NCBI RefSeq assembly: GCF_006345805.1
Contig: NC_043002.1
Coordinates: 33,542,001 to 33,606,000 of the forward strand
Length of the DNA: 64,000 bases
Reading direction: 5' to 3'
Source of the DNA: Octopus sinensis
Lineage: Eukaryota
Under the pieces are notes generated by a model. The model was not told the origin of the DNA, ran no database searches, and worked only from the letters and a program-made list of their open reading frames with translations. The translations under genes and the position numbers were made by a program. Of the stretch, positions 50,501 through 61,668 are shown piece after piece. The number at the start of each line of letters is the position of its first letter. Position 1 is the stretch's first letter.

Positions 50501-53500
50501 ACACCTAAGCTCCAGGAGACTCCGACGGTGGTGGGAGTGAACCCCGCTGTAGTCTTTCACCACAACTTTCTCTCATTCTTTCTGCCACAAAGCAGAGGAA
50601 CCATGGTGTAATCCACTATGGTGTGGTAAACTTTCAGACCCTAGTCTAGATTGCGAATCCTCTGTACCCCAGGATGGTTCAGCTCTCCATCCGTTAAAAG
50701 CCACCGTTTACGGAATGTGGATAACAACGTAGCTTTCGGGCCCGTGCAACCGCCAGTCTATCGCGTGTGGTCGGTGGATCTTCAAGTTTCCATACGCATT
50801 CTTAGTAGCTTAGAGTAGGCTCGAATTAGAGATTATTCTTTGTGGCTAACGGTGTGAGTCCTCATTGGAAGAAAAAGAAGAAGACAACAGCAATAAAACA
50901 ACAACAACAACAGCAACAAAAACAACAATAACAACAAAATACGTACTTGACTGTCTAAGCCAATCAACACCAACATTGCAAAAAACATTACTGCCCAGAT
51001 CTGAGCAAAAGGTAAAGTTGAAAGTGCTTGTGGGTAAACTATAAAGGCAATCCCTGGACCTGGCAAAATACAAAAAAGAATTGTTGGGTTGATGAAATGT
51101 TGATTTTGTACAATAACAATGTCATATTAACCATAACACGGTTAAGTTATCTTAAGATACTGGTTACAAATTTTTGGCTCAAGGTTAGTATTACATCGAT
51201 CCCCAGTTCTCAGCTGGTGTTCATTTTATCGACTCCAAAAGAAGGAAAGGTAAAGTCGATCCCGCCGGCATTTGAACTCAGATGGAGGAAATACCGCTAA
51301 ACATTTTGCCTGACGTCCAAATGATTCTGCCAACTCGCCACCGTAAGGTATCTGAAGATAATTATATCAATATTCCTTTCTGCTATAGGCACAAGGCCTG
51401 AAATTTTGGTGGAGGTGACTAGTCGATTACATCCACCCCAGCGTTTCCCTTAGCATTTAATTTATCGACCCCGAAAGGATGAAAGGTAAACTCGATATCG
51501 GCGAAATTTGAACTCAGAACATGAAGACAGACGAAATACTGCAAAACATTTTGCCCGGTCTGCTAACGATTCTGTCAGCTCGTCACTCTAAGGTATATTA
51601 GAATAATTATATCAATAACATTGATAATTTTAGATATAGCATATTTAATGTACCTTTCGATATCACATTGTCAAGATGTGTTCCACTAATATGAGCCATG
51701 TAACCCAGGATACTAAACGATGTCAAACCGGACAAAAAGCTGGTTAATCCGTCTATTATTGGTAAAATGATGGCATCTCTGTAACGAATAGAAATAAATC
51801 ATAATTTACAAAATGGAATTTATTTTAATAAGTCCGGAGACAGCATATAAAAGGAGGAATAAAAAATACTTCAAGAAATATTATTACTGAGATTGATGAT
51901 ATCAATTTTTTTTATCTTCAATATGTTGCAGTGCACAATCAGTTGAATATCCTATCGTTCAATGAATGCTATCTACACTGTTTATGACGTTAACATTTGA
52001 CTGTCAATAGTCCACGCCACACAGCTGTGCATAATTGTCACCGTATTGTAGTTTGCTGTACTGTATTCTGTTTATGGTATTGACACATAGTAACATGTAG
52101 GTAACACAGTATAGCATATTTCCTTGTTCTGTATTTACTTTTGACAGTTGATTGTCATTGTTCTAGTTCACCTAGCTGTCATTGTTTTAGCTCACAGATT
52201 GGTATAATTTATTGCATTATGCACATTACGAAGTTAATAGTTAATATCTTATTTTAATGTCTGAGGCTGCTGCGCTTAGTGTTACAGAGTGCTCAGCTCT
52301 GAGAAATACAGTGTTCGATTCTGTGTAGCGGCTTGCCGACCACCTTTTAGAAGGCGACGAACTGGCAGAATCGTTATCACGCCGAGAAAATGCTTAGCGG
52401 CATTTCCTCTTTCTATTCGTTCTGAGTACCTATTCCGCTGAGGTCGACTTTGCCTTTCATCCTTTCAGAGTCGATAAAATAAGTACCAGTTAAGTACTGG
52501 GGTCGGTGTAATCGACTCACCCCTCCTTCGAAATTGCTGACCTTGTACCAAAATTTGAAACTAATATCTCACCCTGATGTACGTAGGTACCACAATATAG
52601 TATATTTCATGGTACTGTGGATGTTCTTCAACAGTCAACTGTCCACCCAACTTTACGTAGCTTGGAGGACTGTTGGTTGTAGTATAACAGCTCTCTGTAC
52701 CTCGTTCATAACTAATATCAACTGTCCAGTTACTTATAGGTAGATCGGACTCTTGCTACATATATGTACATACCATAATGCTATGTTTTTAGCCCAGATA
52801 ATTAACTTTAAAACTGTACGGGTCACCCACATGTTTCTATGTTCTACATTGTATACTGTGTCCAAAACCAAGGCAATTAATTGTCAGCTGTCCACTCCAC
52901 CTAGTAGTAAGATAGCTACAGCTGGGTACCGAAAGGTAATCAATCTAAATCTATCTTTAATTCAAGACTTGTTGCAATCAAGAGGGTAAAAGCTATTTAC
53001 TTTAACAAGGCGAACTTTCGTCAAGAATGCTTGAAATCAATCCAGAATGTTACTGCCACAAAATCTTACACAAATTAAAAGCATTGGACAATGCAAATGC
53101 AACATAGACTGTCACATTGTATGCTATGTGATAAACTACTGAATAATAGGATGAACATTTGGCTCTAATATAAGTGGAAGTATGTTCTACCTGGAGCACA
53201 CAATCTTCAAATCTCGACTGAAGATTTTATGTTCCCCAACCCTTCACGATCGATCTAATATGGGTTTCTTTTAATTCATAGAGTCAGACTTTATTGAACA
53301 TTGCTTCTCTTTTCCTTTAAATTATTAATCACAAAATGGGAGAATGCTTGCTTAAAATTTCTACTTCCTAAAAACTGGCCACAGCTAACTCACAAATAAT
53401 GACAGTAAGAGAACGTATTACCTCTGACAGTTGTTATGGAAGTCGTTGTAACTTGATAATGTTGCTAATGCACTGGTACCGATTCCAATGGATAAAAATA

Positions 53501-56500
53501 TTTGTACAGCTGCGTTCTTCCATACCTTGAAAAAACAAATTAGAATTCCATTATAATTACACTGCCTAACGCGATTTTTATCCTTGGATAGCAACTGTTA
53601 TTTCCTATTTGCTTAACCCTAGAAAGTATGAGAAACGGCTAATATTTCCTTCAAAGTTTGCTTTTGTTACATTCAAAACCCCCAAAGAATCCCTCTCAAC
53701 ACACGGCTAAGATTCTCCCCCACTACCCCTATTCATGATCAGAGATGCACATACTGTCAGCCAGTAAGGGACATGCTCAAATGGTTATGGTCAAGCAGAA
53801 TATTGAGCAGAATATTTGCTATAACGATATTTCTGTTTCAGCAACTCGGCTCTGAGTCTGAAATGTAATGGAAAATAGGTTAGTTTCAAAACATTGATCT
53901 CCAGGTCACATGATCATAGTTTGGAGGGGAATAGTAGTTATTTCCTTTGATTTCTAGATAAAAGCAAATAGGAAATAAAACTTACTGACTCCGGAAGAAT
54001 GAAGGACAAAATCCACTCAAAAGTTATATCAACTTAGAACACGAAGTTGTTTGTTCCTTCTCGAGCCACGCCTGGCTCATTAGGGCCGGTTTCCCGGTTT
54101 CCTTGGCGTATAGATTCCCCACCTGGACGGAACACTGGTCCATCGCAGGTGAGCTGCAAGATACAGGAGGAAAGAGTGAGAGAAAGTTGTGGCGAAAGAG
54201 TCAGCAGAAGTTCGCCATCACCTTCTACCGGAGCGTGGAGCAAGATGTTTCGCTCATAAACACACACATCGCCCGGTCTGAGATTCGAACCCGCGATCCC
54301 TCGACCACGAGTCCGCTGCTCTAACCACTAGGTCATGTGCCTCCACAGGACACGAATTACAATATTTAAGATACTGAGTGATATTTTTTCTGCCGCTCAC
54401 GTTTCTGTTACAACCACTGCCATCCTTTATAATAAACTAGCTGACCTCGTGCCGTCAAAAATGATAGCTAATTGTAGTATTTTATTTACAAGTATGGATG
54501 GTAAATCAAATTAATATACTTGTCAATATTATCTAGTTGTTGTCTTTTGAGATGTGACATGATCATCGCTTGTTACTGAAAGAATGCTGTTTCATACATA
54601 CAAATATTCACACACTTCCCTTGTACACGCACACACATACACACATATACTCACACAGAGTTGAAACACTGTTTGATTTTTTCTTTTCAGCGTTGAATGT
54701 TCACCATCCCACTTCCACACACAAACAAACAAACAAACACACACACACACACAAACAAACAAACAAACAAACATTCACATACCTCCCTTTTACATAGACA
54801 CACACATACTCACACAGAGTTGAAACGCTCCCACTACCAACTTGCCATCGCACCTTCCTTTCACATTCATATGTTGTGACGGAGAAAAACACAGGAGTAT
54901 TATTATAGAAGATAATTCCTGCATTGCTATTATCATAGTTAATTAAAATATCTGCTGGAGCGGCAAGCCCAAAGTTTGAATCAAATGCTGACGAAGTATG
55001 ATAACAATAGAAAACTGATTAAAATGCTGAGAACTTGACTAACGTGCAGTGTTCCTCTTCCAGACTCCTAGAAGAGATAGAAGCAGAACTATAAATGCAC
55101 AGTAGAACACTTAATAAATGTCCAGAGTTTTTACTCATGTTGCAGTTTACTGTACTTCCTTGATGTGCTTCTTGCTGTTGTTACTGCTATTGCTGCTGTT
55201 TAGCTACGGAGCAACATTGATTTAGCAGTTTATGAGCAATGATTTTCTTGTGTTTTCTTCCTTTTTTCAAACAATCGGCTTGGATTTGAGGTAGATTTAA
55301 CTGCTATTTCAGACCGTTTGAACGACCATGAGGGACTTCTAATATTTACATTTAGCTGGACCAAACCAGGGAAGATCACGTGCCATATGTCTTGGTAATT
55401 GAAAAAGTGTAATGCTGAATATGAAATACGAATCATCGATCTGTTAATGAATGATAATTTACGAAAGTTTTTAGCTTCATGACAATCATAAATTCAGACA
55501 TTAGTTTTATGACAAGTCATAAATTCAGACGAATCACTGCAACGGAACGCAACGATAGCAACAATATCAGAAGGAAGAAGGTGAGGTAAAAGGGGGCTAG
55601 GAGAGGGGAGAGGAGAGGAAAGGAAAAAATGGAGGAGTGGAAAGGAAAAAATGGAGGAGAGGAAGGAAAGGTAAGAGGAAGGGAGGAGGAAGGATGTCTA
55701 TACGTTGTCTAAGGACATTTGTAAAGTGAGGAAATGTGACTTGACCGAATACCGAAACATTCCTCTCGACAATAGTCCGGCATTGTCAACTGGCTATATT
55801 CAAAGAAGAAAAAAACCCAGGTATTTGCTAAATACTGGGACAACGAAAAGGTCCTTAACTAGTTGTCCGACCTGCTAAGAGCAGCACCGAAATTACCTTT
55901 AGTTCACACTGTAACGTCTTAGAGAATGACGCGTAGGATAATGAAGCGAGAGATACAGAATACTTGAAGGAATATAGTAAAGCCATGACGAAAATACTCC
56001 TACAAATGTCCCTAAACAATACATGAACGTCATAACGTTTACCTTCCTACCCCCACTACTCTGCCTACTCCATTATAACTCTCATTATGCTCAGTCTCTG
56101 GCGATTAAAGTCATTTGTGATTAGTCATGAAGTTCATAATAATACATTTAACAACAGTTCCTATAAGGCAGCGTTAACCTGGAGCTAAACAAATAGATAG
56201 ACAAGTTGGTCAGTAGTTTTGCTTATTGCGAGAGATGCCTGCTGTATCAACTTGATAGAAATCAACACGTTACGTGAAACGGCTTAAATCTGGAAGCGAA
56301 ACAATGGCTGTAACAGTTTAGTCCATTTTCATATCATAAATTTACTACGGTCTTCTTACAATTGTATTCCACCGAGGTTGATTCTGCCGTTCATCCTTTC
56401 GGGTCCGATATCATAAGTGCCAGTCAAGTACTGTAATCGACTTCCTTATCCTCTTCAGAAACTGCTACAGTTGTGTAGGCGGCGAGCTGGCAGGATTTTT

Positions 56501-59500
56501 AGCATGCCGGATGAAATGTTTCACGGCATTTATTCCGTTCATTTACGTTCTGAGTTCAAATTCTAGCTTTGCTTTTCATTGCTTTGGGATTGATAAAATA
56601 AAGTACCAGTCAATAAGTGGGGTTGATGTAATCGATTTGTCTCTAACTCCTAACATTGCTGACGCTGTGCGAAATTAGGCAGAATGCAACTTACCTTTAC
56701 ACCTAAACGTTAATTATTAACTCACCTACAGACAAAATGGAAACTGAATGTGGCAGTTCAAATGTTGATATTTAACACTAGGTCAGCTATGATTCAGCAG
56801 ATTAATGGGTAAAGACGTTCGAGTCATGGCCATCCCGTTATATTTTCAGACATACAATGTCTGGAATAAAACTACTGTATCCGTTCTTTTTCGTGGAGTC
56901 TGGGTGAGATATGAGGGTAATTTGACTGTTATTTCTGATATTACACAGCAACCATTTAATAAATATGTAAGTTCCTTGAGACGGAATAAAAAGACAATTC
57001 TACTTACTGAGGGGTCTGTTACTTTTTCCCATTCTGGCTTGACGAAGTAATATAGTCCATCCAATGATCCAGGCAAGGTTAAACCTCTTATCAACAGCAC
57101 GGAAAGGAAAATATAGGGCAAGCTGGCAGCAACGTATACAATCTGTGCATAGATACAAGACTGCTGGTAAATAAACTGAATATACTTAAACACGCACACC
57201 CACCCACATATATATATCTATGCGTGTATGTGTGTGTGCGTGCGCGTGTGTGTGAATAAGTATCATATACAAATAAATATATAAATACAAATATAAATAT
57301 AAATATAAATATAAATTTTGCATATAACAAGCTTAAAACTGTTAGAATAAGAGGAATAAATATAGTGATAATAAAATAAAAATATAGCATATCAAGACAC
57401 GAGTAAAATTCCGGCGAATAGTACATAAAATATAATAGACATACAAGCTTACAAAAATATAAGATATACAGAAGTCCATCATCTACGGTCTATCTTTGGG
57501 TTTTGTGGTGTTCCTGTGGTCGTTGCACCCATGGATAAAGAAGTGTATCCAGCTCATTGGAGCACTTCTATTCCCAGTCCGTTGTATATCTTGAGTGTTG
57601 TTGTCACTCAAGATATAACTTTATTTTTTGTATACATACATACATACATACATACATACATACATACATACCTACATACATACATACATAAGTGCATACA
57701 TGCATGCGTACATACATACATATATTTATGATAGATCGCTAGCCACTACACATTCTTTATTTTCTCTCCTTGTTTCTTTCTGTGTTCCTTTCTGTGGAAG
57801 AGCGTAGGCTCGAAACGTTAAAGACTTTTTCACTTTCCGGACGTTATACTGCTACATGTTTGTTGTCTACACCACCTGCTTCGTCTATTGTTTTTTTTTG
57901 TGAATTCTCCCTGTGTGTGTGTGTGTGTGTGTGTGTTTGTGTGTGTATTTGTGTGTGAGAGAGTGTGTGTGTGTGTGTGGTGTGTGTATATGTTTGTGTG
58001 TCTGTGTTTGTCCCCCCAACATCGCTTGACAACCGATGCTGGTGTGTCTACGTCCCCGTAACTTAGCGGTTCGGCAAAAAAGACCGATAGAATAAGTACT
58101 AGGCTTACAAAGTAGAAGTCCTGGGGTCGATTTGATCGACTAAAGGCGGTGCTCCAGCATGGGCGCAGTCAAATGACTGAAACAAGTAAAAGAGTAAAAG
58201 AGTATATATATACACACACACATACCCAAAACCACACTAATAGCTTAGGAGTGAAATTTAGGATTTCTCCGCTTTCTGTGAATCGATTTTGATAAAACTT
58301 TTCCCAGCTGGTTTGCACACAATGGCAACACAGTTGTTATGTTTCCATTATTCTGTGTAACAGCCTTTCTTTTTATTTCATATTCTTCAGCTTTTGAATG
58401 AAAATAGCCCGTCTAGACATTTTTTTTTTCCAGAAAATGATAGGTAATGATACATATTAAGCATATATTGAGTATATATTTAACAGAAAACCATTATAAT
58501 ATTTTACAGAAACCATTATAACATTTATGGACATAATGAATTAATTAGCTGCATGACCGCCATTTCGACGGATAACTTCAAAAACCCTATTAGTCATAGA
58601 ATCTGTTAATTTCTTGATAGTAGCAGGTTGAACTGTCTCTGCTGCAGTTTTGATGGTCGACTATAAGACAGGTTTCGACGTAAATTGGCTTCCATCGGCA
58701 TAAACATCTTTTTCAACAATGGACCAAACATTTTCGATAGGGTTGAGTTCCGGAGATGCTGGCGGCCACACCATCACACCATGCCGTAGGACCCAAGTAA
58801 TGTTTGGGTGGTCCTAGCAGAGATGTAGGGAGCGTTGTCATGCATGCATATGAGATTCCTTATAAGTGATAGCGGTATATCATTTAGCTAGGGATCCAAG
58901 AACTCTTTCAGGAGATTGCAGTAGGCAGCTGTGGTCACTTTAACCCCTTCAGGCACTCTGACTAGCTCAAAAAGTCTGTTCCGATTGATACTAGCCAACA
59001 ACATGACTCCTCCAACCTGTTGTTGTCGTAAACGCTGGTGACGCTCATCACCAAAATAGACCCAGCCATTTGCCCAACCGTTAAGTCCGTCAAAGGTCAC
59101 TCTGGTTTCGTCAGTGAACAGAACACAAATCATATCTAACGTCATGTACTTTTGGGCCCCTTTGAAGCCTTAAACTCCTGTTAAAGAAGGCAGTTTCAGG
59201 GGTTCTCGCACGGAGGCCATGGTCCCGAGGATGCGATTTCTGATGGTTTTCAGTGCATGAGGAAGCCCGGAGGTGGCGAAAATGGCTTTGCTTGTTTGTC
59301 CAGGTTTCTCATGTAGCTTGCAGCCAATATTCCTTAAATCCCTAGTTGTCATAGTCTTGGAGGCTTCACAATCGAATCGTCTCTTTCTTGGCGAAGAGTC
59401 CTTCAGGAGTCGTCTAACCATGTTCACATGACGACCTATCTTCTCTGCAATGACATGATGACATGAAGAGAGGTCCTTTTAGCACTTTCTTTGATGATGA

Positions 59501-61621
59501 CAGACTTTTCTTCATCATTAAGGCCTTTTCCACATCCCATTGTTCTTAGAGAAGAGAGACGCAATCAGCGTGGCTCACCCAAAAACTGAAAAATCTGAAA
59601 TAAAAAAGGAAGGCCGTTACACGGAATAATGAAAACATAACAATGGCTTTACCATGGTTTGAAAATCAGCTAGGAAAAGTTTTATCAATATCGACTCGGA
59701 GAAAACCAAGAAATCCTAAGGCTCGCCGCCTTATATGTTAAACTTAATACACTACTAATGTTTGATGACCACCAGCTGGCATTTAGGTGACTAATTAACG
59801 CCACTCTGTGTAACACTTATTTTATCTATGTTGGGATCTGGAAATATATTCCTTTCTTTCCATCAGTTTTGGAGGCCTTTGAAAATTTCAGCTACATTTC
59901 TGCTTTTTACTAATTTCTTACAGAAAATGTAGTGTCTCTTCCCACATCACTAACCCACCAATACTAGTGACTATTCTTACTAACCATCACTATCCTAGTG
60001 ACTACCTTCATATATAAATTGCATTCAATATATCACAACTACATCGATTCTAGTGGCTATCCTTATTAGAAAGTTCTCTAACTTTAGAATCATAAGCATA
60101 CAGTACAACATTTTCTAAAATCTTCAGAATCGGCGACTTACCTTACCAGATGTCTTGATACCTTTTGAAAGACAGAGAAATGTTATCAACCAAATCAAGA
60201 AGAGACACAAGAGTAAAGGAGGTCGTACAGTTCCTATGTTGTTAACACTTGGTGACAGGTTCAATACATGACGCCTACATCGAGAATATAATAAAATATT
60301 TTATTCTTTATTGTCACAAGGGGCTAAACATAGAGGGAACAAACAAGGACAGACAAAGGAATTGAGTCGATTACATCGACCCCAGTGCGTAACTTGTACT
60401 TAATTTATCGAACCCGAAAGGATGAAAGGCAAAGTCGACCTCGGCGGAATTTCAACTCAGAACGTAACGGCAGACGAAATACGGCTACGCATTTCGCCCG
60501 GCGTGCTGAAGTTCTACCAGCTCGCCGCCTTTATGATATGATATGATATGATATGATATGATATGATATGATATGATATGAAAATGATATGATATATGAT
60601 ATGATATGATATGATATATGATATGATATGATATGATATGATATGATATGATATGATATGATATGATATGATATGATATGATATAATATAATATAATATA
60701 ATATAATATAATATAATAAATATAATATAATATAATAAATATAATGTAATGTAATGTAATGTAATGTAATGTAATGTAATGTAATGTAATGTAATATAAT
60801 ATAATATAATATAATATAATATTGTTAATGAATGATAGATTGTAAAGCTAATTTGAGTTGATGGAGTATTTACTTGGTTGCTAGATATACTGCAAACAGC
60901 AGTCAAACCTTACTCAAATCTCGCCCTACCAATTTTACGACGACACTGGATAATGAAATAGTTCTAGATAGACTATATCTTAAAATAAGATAGCATAGTC
61001 GAGAATGAAACACTTAGATTAAAGACTCATTCGCTCATAGGATTGTAGTGGATGAAATACATTTGATGAGAGATGATAAAGAACATCCGGTGACAACAAT
61101 AATTCGCACGCTCATCTCGACATTTCCGAGTTCCTGTTTTACCGCTCGCTTATCAGTTCCCTTAGTGGAGGACAAAACTCCTTGTGCTTGTAACTACATG
61201 GCCACACCAAATCATAATCATTTACTAGAAAATAATTTGGCAGAAAGCCACGGTTATAGACACGTTAATATTGATTTCACAAGGCCAGAAATGTCGGGAG
61301 GGAGTAAGTCGATTACATCGAGCCCAGTGCTCGACTGGTACTTATTTTATCGACCCCGAAAGAACTAAAGGCAAAGTCAACCTTGGTAGAATTTGAACTC
61401 AGAACGAGAAGGTGGATGAAATGCTCCTAAGCATTTTGCCCGTTGTACTAACGATTCTTTCAGCTCGTTGCCTTGTAGACATGCTAATATTAATAAAAAG
61501 GATATTTTACTTGTTAGCAATTCATGGAATAATAAATAGTAAAGAAAATTCCACGGGAACAGTATGAGAATATGAAAATAATGTTTTGCTCCATATGATA
61601 ATAGTAATAATAATAATAATA

Positions 61622-61668
<47 letters not shown>

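Noticed and set aside
50716-50724. DnaA box (TTATCCACA on minus strand) or bacterial contamination
   Set aside because: A single 9-mer is plausible by chance, and the surroundings are a spliced eukaryotic gene.
58730-58850. Assigning DD34E vs DD37E to the Tc1-like element
   Set aside because: A frameshifting deletion lies between the second D and the E, so the spacing cannot be read.
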